Shown: one piece after another, positions 1 to 11,856 of the stretch
Layout of the letters: every line of letters begins with the position of its first letter
Position numbering within the stretch: the stretch's first letter is position 1
NCBI GenBank assembly: GCA_034520945.1
Contig: JAXHNB010000002.1
Location: forward strand, 224,001-288,000
From: Trueperaceae bacterium
GTDB taxonomy: Bacteria > Deinococcota > Deinococci > Deinococcales > Trueperaceae
Direction: 5' to 3'
DNA length: 64,000 nucleotides
Program-made: the position numbers and the translations under genes
The notes under the pieces: generated by a model
The model's database searches: none
Told to the model about the DNA's origin: nothing
What the model saw: the letters and a program-made list of their open reading frames with translations, nothing else

Positions 1-328
1 CCTCACGGGCCGCGGCGCGGTCGGGGGGATCCTCTTCGAGGGCCAGGCGTGCCTGCCGGTCGCCCAGGGGCACGGCGAGGGCGCTGCGGGCGCGGGTCAA
101 CTGGTCCCGGTCGCCCGACAGGGCGTAGGTGTCGAGGGCCTGGACGGCTTCGGCCCGGCCTTTCGACCACTGGCTTTCGGCCGTCACGTAGTTCGTGGCC
201 GCCAACTGCAGGTTGAGCGCCACGGCCGTCACGGCGATCGACCCCCCGGTCACGACCGCCAAGGCGATCAGCCCCAACCGCGGGAGCCGGGCACGGCGCG
301 TCGGCGACGACAACAACGCGCGTCTCAT
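1..328 (-). CDS. Membrane sensor protein, N-terminal part (probable GGDEF/EAL protein or histidine kinase); runs off the window edge
   Basis: Manual translation from ATG 328: TM helix, then YVTAESQWSKG...VPLGDRQARLAL, a sensor motif I recall from diguanylate cyclases and kinases. Confidence 0.6.
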   Translation of the reverse strand, partial: MRRALLSSPTRRARLPRLGLIALAVVTGGSIAVTAVALNLQLAATNYVTAESQWSKGRAEAVQALDTYALSGDRDQLTRARSALAVPLGDRQARLALEEDPPDRAAARE

Positions 329-452
329 CGCGCCGTTCTCACACTAGGTGTGCGCGGATCAAACATCGCCCCCCAAGGTGAACGCAGGATGGGACGGGTC
401 GACGGGCGTGGCCCGATGATACGAGACTGGCGCCTGAGGGGCCGTGCGCGTT

Positions 453-1514
453 TCAGAACAGCCGGGGCTGCTCCACCCGGCCGGGCACCCGGAACGCCGC
501 GGTGGACAGGGACGGCGGGCGATCCAGCCCGTGCTTGCGGCGTGAGAGGTCGAACAGCTGCCGCAGTTGCTCCGCGTACGTCCCGGCGCCCCGCATGCGC
601 GCCCCGAACGTGGCGTCGTTCAGCGCGCCGCCGCGGACCTCGCGAATCCGCGCCAACACCCGGCGCGCACGGGCCGGGTCGCGCGTCTGGAGCCAGGCGG
701 TGAACACCTCCGCGACGGCGCGGGGAAGCCGCAGCATCTGCATGCCGGCGAACGATGCGCCCGCCTCCGCCGCCGCCTCCAGGATGGCGGGCAGTTCCGC
801 GTCGGTCAGGCCGGGCACCACCGGCGCGACGTTCACGCCGACCGGTACGCCCGCGTCGGCCAAGGCCCGCACCGCCGCCAGGCGCCGGGCCGCGCTGCTG
901 GTGCGCGGTTCCATCGAGGCGCGCAGTTCCTCGTCCAGGGTGGTGACGCTCAGCGTGACCGAGACGGCCTCAAAGCGCGCCAACCCTGCCAGCAGGTCCA
1001 GGTCGCGCGTCACCAGGTGGTTCTTGGTGATCACCGACACCGGGTGCCGGAACGCCGTCAGCACCTCGAGGCAGGCGCGCGTGATCCGCTCGCGGCGCTC
1101 CAGCGGCTGGTAGGGATCGGTCACGCCGGACAGGGCGACCGGGGTCGGCGTCCAGCCGGGCGCCGCCAGTGCGCGTTCCAACAGGCGGGCGGCGTCGCGT
1201 TTCACGAACAGCTGCCGTTCGAAGTCCAGGCCGGCCGACAGCCCCAGGTACTCGTGGGTGGGGCGTGCGTAGCAGTAGCTGCAGCCGTGCTCGCAGCCGC
1301 GATACGGGTTCAGGCTCACCTCGAACCCGACGTCGGGACTGTCGTTGCGGCTCAGAACGCTGCGCGACGCGTCTTCGCGCACCTGCGTGGCGGGCCGCAG
1401 GTCGTCCGGCTCCATGGCGTCCGGGTCCGGACGGGATTGCCGCCCGTCGAACCGGTTGGGCGGGTCGTGCGCCGCCCCTCGGCCCTTGGGTCGCGGCCGC
1501 TTCGTCACGGGCAT
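453..1514 (-). CDS. PA0069/Rv2578c-family radical SAM protein (spore photoproduct lyase-like)
   Basis: NPYRGCEHGCSYCYAR (CxxxCxxC), SGVTDPYQPLE and KGRGA..NRF motifs; starts 4 nt downstream of the uvrB stop. Confidence 0.9.
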   Translation of the reverse strand: MPVTKRPRPKGRGAAHDPPNRFDGRQSRPDPDAMEPDDLRPATQVREDASRSVLSRNDSPDVGFEVSLNPYRGCEHGCSYCYARPTHEYLGLSAGLDFERQLFVKRDAARLLERALAAPGWTPTPVALSGVTDPYQPLERRERITRACLEVLTAFRHPVSVITKNHLVTRDLDLLAGLARFEAVSVTLSVTTLDEELRASMEPRTSSAARRLAAVRALADAGVPVGVNVAPVVPGLTDAELPAILEAAAEAGASFAGMQMLRLPRAVAEVFTAWLQTRDPARARRVLARIREVRGGALNDATFGARMRGAGTYAEQLRQLFDLSRRKHGLDRPPSLSTAAFRVPGRVEQPRLF

Positions 1515-1518
1515 GCCC

Positions 1519-3564
<2,046 letters not shown>

Positions 3565-3792
3565 TCCCCCAGCCTACGCCCGGCGTCGAGGATGCGGCGT
3601 CACGTGCCGTGCCATCGACGGCAGTGGACGGCGCCGTGCTACACGGCTGCGCGCCGGCCGGACGCGAGGGGCCGTGCTACCGTGCACCACGATGAACGAT
3701 GCCCGCGCTCGCCGTGCCCGTGCGCCCCGTCGCGCCGTGCGTTGCCCCGCTCCCCTCCGGCCGCGGTCGGCGGTCCTACGCCGAGGCCCGGC

Positions 3793-6495
3793 GTGAAGAC
3801 CTTCTACCTCGTCGACGGGCACGCGCAGATCTTCCGCGCCTACTACGCCCCCTTCCGTGAACTCACCACGCCGGACGGCCGCAACGTCAAGGCCGCCTAC
3901 GTGTTCACGCAGTTGATCGTGAGCCTGCTGGCGCGCCAACCCGACTACTTCGCGGTCGCGTTCGACGTCAGCGACGAGACGACCTTCCGCAAGGCGTCGT
4001 TCGAGGCGTACAAGGACCAGCGGGACAAGGCGCCGGAGGACCTCGGCCCGCAGATGGCGATGGTGCGCGAGATCCTGGACCGCTTGGGGGTGGCCACCTA
4101 CGAGCAGCCCGGCTACGAAGCCGACGACGTGATCGCCACCATCGCCCGCCGGCTGCCGGCCGACGTCGAGCTCCGCATCGTCAGCAAGGACAAGGACCTG
4201 CACCAGATCCTGAACGACCGCGTGGCGCTGTACGACCCCAAGGAGGACGAGGTCCTCCGCGCCGCCGACCTGCCCGGGCGCTTCGGCTACACCGCCGAGC
4301 AGGCGGTCGAGGTGCAGACCCTCACCGGCGACGCGATCGACAACGTGCCCGGCGTGGAGGGGATCGGCACCAAGACCGCCGCCAAGCTGATCGCCACCTA
4401 CGGCAGCGCGGACGAGGTCCTCGCCCACGCCGACGAGCAGAGCCCCAAGCGGCGCGAGAACCTGCTGGCGGCCGCCGAGCTGATCCCCATCACGCGGGAC
4501 CTGGTCACGCTGCACGACGACCTCGACCTATCCTTCGAGCTGAAGGCGTGCCGCACGCCCACCCCCCGCCGCGCCGACGTGCGTGACGTCCTGGAGCCGC
4601 TGGGCTTTCGGTCGTTGCTGGAGCAGCTGCCCGGCGACGGGGACGAAGGCGCCGAGTCCGAGGCGCCGAAGGGGCACCGCGACGATGCCGCCTACCTCAC
4701 CATCACCCGCGAGGACGCCCTGGCCGAACTTACCGCCCGACTGCGCGAGGCGGAGGCGGTGGCGATCGACACCGAGACCACCAGCCTGCGGGCCTGCGAC
4801 GCGGAGCTGCTGGGCGTATCGCTGGCGTTGCGGAGCGGCGAGGCGTACTACCTCCCCGTCCGCGCCGACGGCGAGGAGGTGCTGGGGCAGGACGTCGTGC
4901 TGAGGGCCCTCGCGCCGGTGCTGGAGAGCGACGCCACGATCAAGGTCGGCCAGAACCTGAAGTACGACCTGCAGGTGTTGTGGAACGCCGGCGCGCGCGT
5001 GCACGGACCGATCTTCGACACCATGATCGCCGCGGCGCTGCTCCATCCCGAACGGCGCGGCAACGGCCTCGACGCGCTCGCGAAGGACCTGCTGGGCCTC
5101 GAGCTGATCCCCACCGAACAGCTGATCGGCAAGGGCAAGAACCAGACCCCCATGCTCGAGGTGCCGCTTTCGCAGCTGGCCGAGTACGCCGCCGAGGACG
5201 CCGACGCCACCTGGCGCCTGTACGAGCTGCTCGCCGGCGAGCTGAACCAAGCACCCGACACGCTTCGCGCCCTGACGCGCGACCTCGAGTTCCCGCTGGT
5301 CCGCGTGCTGGCCCGCATGGAGGCGCACGGCGTGCGGCTGGACCTGGATCTGCTGCGAGAGACCGCGCAGCGGCTGGAGCGGCGCCTCGAGGATTTGCGG
5401 GGCGAGATCCAGGAGGCGGCGGGGCGCACCTTCAACCCCGACAGCCCCGCCCAGCTGGGCGAGGTCCTGTTCGACCACCTCGGCATGCGGGTGGTCAAGC
5501 GCACCAAGACCAGCCGCAGCACCGACGCCAGCGTCCTGGAGACGCTGGCCGCCGAGACCGACCATCCGCTCCCCGCCCTGGTGCTGGAATACCGCGAGCT
5601 CGCCAAGCTGCTCGGCACCTACCTGGAGCCCCTGCCCAGCTACGTCTCCGACCGCGACGACCGCCTCCACGCCAGCTTCCATCAGATCGGCGCGGCCACG
5701 GGACGCCTGTCCAGCTCCGATCCGAACATTCAGAACATTCCCGTCCGCACCGAGACGGGCCGCTCCATCCGGCGCGCCTTCACCGCCTCGGCCGCCGACC
5801 GGGTGCTGCTCACCGCCGACTACAGCCAGGTGGAGTTGCGCATGCTGGCGCACCTCAGCCGCGACCCGGAAATGCGCCGCGCCTTCGCAGACGGCCTCGA
5901 CATTCACGCCTTCGTGGCCAGCCAGATCTTCGGCCTGCCGCTGGAGGAGGTCGGCGCCGAGCAGCGACGCGTCGCCAAGACGGTGAACTTCGGCATCGTG
6001 TACGGCCAGACCGCGTTCGGGCTGTCCCGCACCTTGCGCATCCCGCAGGGCGACGCCGCGACGTTCATCGAGGCGTACAAGGAACGCTACGCCGGCATCG
6101 AGAAATTCCTGCAAGACTGCATCGCCTTCGCCGAGGAGCACGGCTACGTCGAGACCTTGCTGGGCCGGCGCCGGCCGGTGCCGGAGGTGCGCAGCCGCAA
6201 CCGCAATCAACGCATGCTGGGCGAGCGTCTCGCCATCAACACCGTGGTGCAGGGCAGCGCCGCCGACCTGATCAAGTTGGCGATGCTGCGCCTGGACGCC
6301 CGCCTGGACGAGGAGGCGCTGGACGCCCACCTGATCATCCAGGTGCACGACGAGCTGGTGTTCGACGTGCACCAGGGCGCGGCCGAGCGGACGCGCGACG
6401 TGGTGCGCGAGGAGATGACCGGCGCGATGACGCTGGACGTGCCGCTGGTCGTCGACGCCGGCACCGGCCCGAACTGGATGGAAAGCAAGGACTGA
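3793..6495 (+). CDS. polA: DNA polymerase I
   Basis: GTG start, LVDGHAQIFRAYY 5'-nuclease, DTETT 3'-5' exonuclease, TGRLSSSDPNIQNIP, DYSQVELR, KTVNFGIVYG, QVHDELV. Confidence 0.97.
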   Translation: MKTFYLVDGHAQIFRAYYAPFRELTTPDGRNVKAAYVFTQLIVSLLARQPDYFAVAFDVSDETTFRKASFEAYKDQRDKAPEDLGPQMAMVREILDRLGVATYEQPGYEADDVIATIARRLPADVELRIVSKDKDLHQILNDRVALYDPKEDEVLRAADLPGRFGYTAEQAVEVQTLTGDAIDNVPGVEGIGTKTAAKLIATYGSADEVLAHADEQSPKRRENLLAAAELIPITRDLVTLHDDLDLSFELKACRTPTPRRADVRDVLEPLGFRSLLEQLPGDGDEGAESEAPKGHRDDAAYLTITREDALAELTARLREAEAVAIDTETTSLRACDAELLGVSLALRSGEAYYLPVRADGEEVLGQDVVLRALAPVLESDATIKVGQNLKYDLQVLWNAGARVHGPIFDTMIAAALLHPERRGNGLDALAKDLLGLELIPTEQLIGKGKNQTPMLEVPLSQLAEYAAEDADATWRLYELLAGELNQAPDTLRALTRDLEFPLVRVLARMEAHGVRLDLDLLRETAQRLERRLEDLRGEIQEAAGRTFNPDSPAQLGEVLFDHLGMRVVKRTKTSRSTDASVLETLAAETDHPLPALVLEYRELAKLLGTYLEPLPSYVSDRDDRLHASFHQIGAATGRLSSSDPNIQNIPVRTETGRSIRRAFTASAADRVLLTADYSQVELRMLAHLSRDPEMRRAFADGLDIHAFVASQIFGLPLEEVGAEQRRVAKTVNFGIVYGQTAFGLSRTLRIPQGDAATFIEAYKERYAGIEKFLQDCIAFAEEHGYVETLLGRRRPVPEVRSRNRNQRMLGERLAINTVVQGSAADLIKLAMLRLDARLDEEALDAHLIIQVHDELVFDVHQGAAERTRDVVREEMTGAMTLDVPLVVDAGTGPNWMESKD

Positions 6496-6538
6496 CCCCG
6501 GCGCCAAGGAGTGCCCAGGAGGGGAGGGGAGGCCCGCC

Positions 6539-7294
6539 ATGTGCGGACGCTACGGACTGTTCCACGACGGCCCCGAGATCGCCGACCTGTTCGGCGCCGA
6601 CATCGCGCGGCTGGACCCGCCGCTGACGCCGCGCTACAACATCGCCCCTACCCAGCTCGCCCCGGTCCTGCTGCCTCAGGACCCGCACGGACGGGGCGAG
6701 GTCGAACGGGACGAGCAGGGGCCGGGCGAGAACGCGCACCGTGACGCGGGTCGCGCGTTCGTCAGCGCCCGCTGGGGCCTGATTCCGCACTGGGTGAAGG
6801 ACCCCGCCACCTTCCGCGCGACGCTGGTCAACGCCCGCGCCGAGAGCGCCCACCAGAAGCCCTCCTTCCGGGACGCCCTGAAGCGCGACCGCTGCGTGGT
6901 GCCGGCCAGCGGCTTCTACGAGTGGCGTGCGCCCGAGGATGGCGGTCGCAAGCAGCCCTACCTGATCCGCCGCCGCGACGGCGCCCCCATGGCGCTGGCG
7001 GGCCTGCACGCCCGCAACGACGCGGCCGCGCCGCACGACAGCTTCACGATCCTGACGACCCGCCCCAATGCGCTGATGGCCCGCCTGCACGACCGGCAGC
7101 CCGTGATCCTGCCGTTGGAGGCGATCCCCGCCTGGTTCGACCCCGCCCGCCGCGACGCCGCCTCCCTGTCCGACCTGCTGGAACCGTGCGACCCAGAGGC
7201 GTTCGAGGCCGTCCCGATCGGCACCGCGATCAACGCCCCCGCGCGCGACGGCCCCGAGGTGATCGCGCCGGCCGGCGAGGCGTTGCGGGTCTAG
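6539..7294 (+). CDS. SOS response-associated peptidase (SRAP/YedK/HMCES family), abasic-site protection
   Basis: N-terminal MCGRY (catalytic Cys2), RYNIAPTQ, NARAE, GFYEW, HDRQP. Confidence 0.93.
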   Translation: MCGRYGLFHDGPEIADLFGADIARLDPPLTPRYNIAPTQLAPVLLPQDPHGRGEVERDEQGPGENAHRDAGRAFVSARWGLIPHWVKDPATFRATLVNARAESAHQKPSFRDALKRDRCVVPASGFYEWRAPEDGGRKQPYLIRRRDGAPMALAGLHARNDAAAPHDSFTILTTRPNALMARLHDRQPVILPLEAIPAWFDPARRDAASLSDLLEPCDPEAFEAVPIGTAINAPARDGPEVIAPAGEALRV

Positions 7295-7447
7295 GGCGCA
7301 GGACCGGCAGGGCGCGGAACGCGCGGCTCCGTTCGTGCTTCACGGCGGGCGTCACGCCGCCGCGGCGCGCCTCCGCCTCGAGCGACGCCGAGCCGCGGCG
7401 TGCCCCAGGGCGCCCCGACGCCGCGCCGAAGCGGCGACAATGACGGC

Positions 7448-9331
7448 GTGCCGCTGACCCGCGACGACCTGCCGGTCCTGCCCCGAAAGCCCGGCTGCTA
7501 CCTGTTCCAGGCCGAGGACGGGCCGGTCTACATCGGCAAGGCGAAGGACCTGCGCGCCCGCGTCGCCAGCCACTTCGGGGCGCCCAGCGGGTCGAAGAGC
7601 CGCTTCGTCACGCGACTGGCCGACCGGTTCGAGTTCATCGTCACCGACACCGAGACCGAGGCGCTGGTCCTCGAGGCCGACCTGATCAAGCGGCACAAGC
7701 CGCGCTTCAACGTCCAGCTCAAGGACGACAAGAGCTACCCGTTCCTGAAGCTCACCGACGAGCCGTACCCGCGGCTGCTGTTCACCCGGGCGCACCGCGA
7801 CGACGGCGGCACCTACTTCGGCCCCTACCCCTCTGCCGGCACCGTCAAGCAGGTCCTGGACCTGGTGAACAAGACGTTCCAGCTGCGCGTCAACAGCGGC
7901 ACGCCGATGCGGCCCCGCACCAAGCCGTGCCTGCGGTTCCACATGGGGCACTGCCTGGCGCCGTGCGTGGGGAACGTGACGCCGGAGGCGTACGCACGCC
8001 GGGTCGAGCAGGCGCGCGCCTTCCTGCAGGGCCGGGTGGCGGAGGTGCTGGGGCAGCTAGAGGCCGAGATGCGCGAGGCGGCGGACCGCTTCGAGTTCGA
8101 GCGCGCCGCGAAGGTCCGCGACCGCATGGAGGCGGTCCGCCGCGTGACCGGCTACGACAGCGAGGTCGCCCGTCAGCCCGGCCTCGACCTCGACTTTCTC
8201 GGCTTCGCGGTGGCGGGCAGCTACGCCATGGTGCAGATGTTCCAGATGCGGCGCGGTCGCGTGACGGGCCGGGACACGCGCTTCCTCCGCAACGCCAAGG
8301 ACGCCGGCGAGGACGAGATCCTCGAGCGGTTCATGGCGGACTACTACCGGCAGGCGACCTACGTGCCGCCGTTGGTGCTGGTGCCCAGCGACGCGCTGGA
8401 CCGGGACACCTGGGAGGCGTTCCTGTCCGAACGGGCCGGCCGCCGGGTCGAGCTGCGCCGCCCCCGCCGCGGCGACAAGGTCGACCTGGTCGACATGGCC
8501 AACCGCAACGCCCGCACCGGCGTGGACGCCGAGCTGGCACGGTTGGAGCGCCGCGGGGACGCGCCCGGCGTCGGCGAGCTGCAGGAGCTGCTCGGCCTGG
8601 ACGAACCGCCGTGGCGGATCGAAGGCTATGACGTCAGCAACCTGATGGGTTCGCACACGGTCGCCTCGATCGTGGTGTTCGAGGGGGGCCGGCCGCGCAA
8701 GAGCGCCTACCGCAAGATGCGGATCCGCGACCTGGACAAGCCGGACGACTTCCTGGCCATGCACCAGGTGCTCACGCGGCGCTTCACCGGCCGCCTGGCC
8801 GAGTCGATGACCGTGCCGGACCTGGTCCTGATCGACGGCGGCAAGGGCCAGGTCTCCGCGGCACGCCGCGCCCTGGAGGAGGTCGGCGTGCGGGTGCCGG
8901 TGGTCGGCCTGGCCAAGCGCGAGGAGACGCTGGTGACGAGCGAGGGACGCGAACTGCTGGTGCCGCTGACGCATCCCGCCCTGCGGCTGCTGGCGTTCGC
9001 GCGCGACGAGGCGCACCGCGTGGCGGTCGGCTACAACCGCAATCGTCGCGGCCGCGCCGGCACGAGGAGCGTGCTGGACGAGGTGCCCGGCATCGGACCG
9101 AAGCGCCGCGATGCCTTGCTGGCGCACTTCTCCAGCGTGGACCAGCTGCGGGCGGCGGGCGAGCCGGAACTGGCCGCCGTGCCGGGCGTCGGTCCGGCCG
9201 CCGCCGCCGCCGTGCGGGCGTACTTCGCGCGGCAGGACGCGACGGCCGCGGGCGAGCCGGGCGAACCCCCCGACCGACCGCACGGCGAGGCCAGCGACGA
9301 GCCCGCCGACGACGCCTCGGTACCGTCGTGA
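7448..9331 (+). CDS. uvrC: Excinuclease ABC subunit C
   Basis: GIY-YIG domain (PGCY..YIGKAKDLR), Cys cluster, IEGYDVS, DGGKGQ, RDEAHR, HhH GIGPKRR; GTG 7448 is the inferred start. Confidence 0.96.
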   Translation: MPLTRDDLPVLPRKPGCYLFQAEDGPVYIGKAKDLRARVASHFGAPSGSKSRFVTRLADRFEFIVTDTETEALVLEADLIKRHKPRFNVQLKDDKSYPFLKLTDEPYPRLLFTRAHRDDGGTYFGPYPSAGTVKQVLDLVNKTFQLRVNSGTPMRPRTKPCLRFHMGHCLAPCVGNVTPEAYARRVEQARAFLQGRVAEVLGQLEAEMREAADRFEFERAAKVRDRMEAVRRVTGYDSEVARQPGLDLDFLGFAVAGSYAMVQMFQMRRGRVTGRDTRFLRNAKDAGEDEILERFMADYYRQATYVPPLVLVPSDALDRDTWEAFLSERAGRRVELRRPRRGDKVDLVDMANRNARTGVDAELARLERRGDAPGVGELQELLGLDEPPWRIEGYDVSNLMGSHTVASIVVFEGGRPRKSAYRKMRIRDLDKPDDFLAMHQVLTRRFTGRLAESMTVPDLVLIDGGKGQVSAARRALEEVGVRVPVVGLAKREETLVTSEGRELLVPLTHPALRLLAFARDEAHRVAVGYNRNRRGRAGTRSVLDEVPGIGPKRRDALLAHFSSVDQLRAAGEPELAAVPGVGPAAAAAVRAYFARQDATAAGEPGEPPDRPHGEASDEPADDASVPS

Positions 9332-11856
9332 GCGCCATGGAGCTGCCCCACGCCGACGGCGCGCCCGGCGACGGGCCCGCCGGCCCGGCCGGGCCGCGGC
9401 CGCCCTGGTTGCGCGCGGCGGGCAGCGAGCTGATCGCCCACCGCCGCCTGGACGGGCGCGAGGGGCGCTTCGAGCCGCTGCCGGACGACCTGCCGCCCAC
9501 GCTCACCCAGGCGTTGGCGGCGGCGGGCGTGACGCGGCTGTACGCGCATCAACGCGAAGCCATCGACGCCCTGGACGCGGGCTCGGATGTGCTGCTCACC
9601 ACCGGCACCGCCAGCGGCAAGAGCCTGGCGTACCAACTGCCGGCGTTGCGCGCCCAGTGGATCGACGAGGGCGCGACCGTACTGGCCCTGTACCCCACCA
9701 AGGCGCTGGCGCACGACCAGGCACGGGCCATGGCGAGCCTGGCGGAGGCGACGGGCCTGCCGCCCGGCACCGTCGCCGCGTACGACGGTGACACGCCGAG
9801 CCACGTGCGGGCCCGCAGACGCGCCGAGGTGCGGACGTTGATCACCAATCCCGACATGCTGCACGCCGGCATCCTGCCGCACCACACCCTGTGGCGCCGC
9901 TTCCTGCGCGGCCTGGACCTGGTCGTGGTCGACGAGATCCACGCCTACCGCGGGGTGTTCGGCGGGCACCTGGCCGGCGTGCTTCGGCGCCTGCTGCGCG
10001 TCGCGCGGCACTACGGCGCCGCCCCGCGCCTCCTGGCGACCAGCGCCACCATCGGCAACGGCGCCGAGCACGCCGCGGCGTTGCTGGGCCGCACGCCGCA
10101 CGTCGTGGCGCGCGACGACGCCCCACGCGCGCCGCGCGAGGTGCTGCTGGTCCGGCCCCCCATGGTCGACCGCGCCCTGGGCATGCGCCGCGCACCGGGG
10201 CAGGACGCCGTCCGCATCGCGGAGGGCCTGGTGCGGGCGGGCCGGCAGGTGCTGGTGTTCGCCGGCTCGCGCCAGGGCGCGGAGGAGGCCGTGCTTCAGC
10301 TGCGCGCCAGCGTGGACGGCGTCCGCAGCTACCGTAGCGGCCTGCTGGCGCGGGAACGCCGCGCCATCGAGGCGGAGCTGCGCGACGGCACCGCCCGCGC
10401 CGTGGTGGCCACCAACGCCCTGGAGCTGGGCCTGGACATCGGCGGCGTGGACGCAGTCGTGATCATCGGCTATCCCGGCTCCGCCGCCGCCTTCTGGCAG
10501 CAGCTGGGCCGGGCCGGCCGACGCGACCGGTCGGGCGTGGGGGCGCTGGTGCTGGGGAGCGGCCCGTTGGATCAGTACCTGGCGCGGCACCCGGAGCACC
10601 TGTTCGGCGCCGCGCCGGAGCGGGCCCTCACCGATCCCGATCACCCGTTGTTGGCACTGGACCACCTTCGCTGCGCCACCTTCGAGCTGCCGGTCGAGCC
10701 GCACGAGCCGTTCGGCGGCTACGGACCGTCCGACGTGCAGGCGCTCACCAGCCAGCTCGAGGCCGACGGCGAGGTGCACCGCGCCGGGGGGCGCAGCTAC
10801 TGGATCGCGGACCGTTACCCGGCGCAGGGGGTGTCGTTGCGCTCAGCCGGACAGGACGACGTGCTCCTTCAGGACGAGCACGGCGTCACGGTCGGCACGC
10901 TGGACGCGCCCAGTGCGCGCTGGATGGCGCACCCGGGCGCCATCTACCTGCACGACGGTCGCCCGCACCACGTCGCGGCGCTGGACCTCGATCAGCGCGT
11001 GGCCCGCCTCGAACCGACCGACGATCGCTTCCTGACGCGTGCCACACGCGAGACGCGCATCACGCCGGCCGGACGCCCGGCGGAGCGGTCGGCGCGGGGC
11101 GCCACCGTGCTTCACGGCGACGTCGACGTCACCGAGACGGTGACCGGCTACCGCCGCATGCGGCGCAGCACGCGCGAGACGCTGTCGCGTCACCGGCTGC
11201 AGTTGCCGCCGTTCACCATGCGGACCACCGCCTACGCCTTCACGCCGCACGAGGACACGGTGGCCGCGCTGCGCGCGGCGGGCAGGTGGAGCAACGACCC
11301 CAACGCTTACGGTCCCGACTGGCCGCGCGTGCGGGCCCGGACGTTGGCCCGCGACGGGCATGCCTGCCGTTCCTGCGGCGCGCGGGAGGGGGCGGGCACG
11401 GCCCTGCACGTGCATCACCTCGTGCCGGTCCGGGCGTTCGCGCGCGCCAGCGAGGCGCACGCCGACGACAACCTCGTCACGCTGTGCCCTGCCTGTCACC
11501 ACCGCGCCGAGCAGAGCGTCCGCGTTCGCAGCGGACTGGCCGCCGTGGCGTACGTGTTGCGCTCGTTGGCGCCCCTGCGCGTGATGTGCGATGCCCGCGA
11601 CCTGGGCGTGCTCAGCGACCCGGCCAGCCCCGTCGCGTCCGGCGCGCCGGCGGTGCTCGTGTACGAGACCGTCCCCGGCGGCGTGGGGTTCGCGGCGGAG
11701 TTGGCCGCGCGGCACGAGGAACTGATCGCCGCGGCGCACGACCTGGTGACGTCGTGCGCCTGCGACGAGGGCTGCCCCGGCTGCGTGGGGCCCGCCGGCG
11801 AGCCGGGCCACGCCGGCAAGGACGAGGCGAGGGCCCTGCTGGCGGCCGCCTCATGA
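9328..11856 (+). CDS. MrfA/YprA/SftH/Hrq1-family DEAH helicase with DUF1998 and an inserted HNH domain
   Basis: TGTASGKS, YPTKALAHDQ, TNPDMLH, DEIH, SAT, ELGLDIG, QQLGRAGR; C-terminal MCD...CACDEGCPGC. Confidence 0.92.
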   Translation: MSAMELPHADGAPGDGPAGPAGPRPPWLRAAGSELIAHRRLDGREGRFEPLPDDLPPTLTQALAAAGVTRLYAHQREAIDALDAGSDVLLTTGTASGKSLAYQLPALRAQWIDEGATVLALYPTKALAHDQARAMASLAEATGLPPGTVAAYDGDTPSHVRARRRAEVRTLITNPDMLHAGILPHHTLWRRFLRGLDLVVVDEIHAYRGVFGGHLAGVLRRLLRVARHYGAAPRLLATSATIGNGAEHAAALLGRTPHVVARDDAPRAPREVLLVRPPMVDRALGMRRAPGQDAVRIAEGLVRAGRQVLVFAGSRQGAEEAVLQLRASVDGVRSYRSGLLARERRAIEAELRDGTARAVVATNALELGLDIGGVDAVVIIGYPGSAAAFWQQLGRAGRRDRSGVGALVLGSGPLDQYLARHPEHLFGAAPERALTDPDHPLLALDHLRCATFELPVEPHEPFGGYGPSDVQALTSQLEADGEVHRAGGRSYWIADRYPAQGVSLRSAGQDDVLLQDEHGVTVGTLDAPSARWMAHPGAIYLHDGRPHHVAALDLDQRVARLEPTDDRFLTRATRETRITPAGRPAERSARGATVLHGDVDVTETVTGYRRMRRSTRETLSRHRLQLPPFTMRTTAYAFTPHEDTVAALRAAGRWSNDPNAYGPDWPRVRARTLARDGHACRSCGAREGAGTALHVHHLVPVRAFARASEAHADDNLVTLCPACHHRAEQSVRVRSGLAAVAYVLRSLAPLRVMCDARDLGVLSDPASPVASGAPAVLVYETVPGGVGFAAELAARHEELIAAAHDLVTSCACDEGCPGCVGPAGEPGHAGKDEARALLAAAS

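Noticed and set aside
3565..3792. Deinococcus RDRM or LexA box between uvrB and polA
   Set aside because: No AT-rich 17-bp palindrome of that type is visible
11305..11511. Intein carrying the HNH domain
   Set aside because: No Cys/Ser-start or His-Asn-end splicing motifs, and the insert is too short
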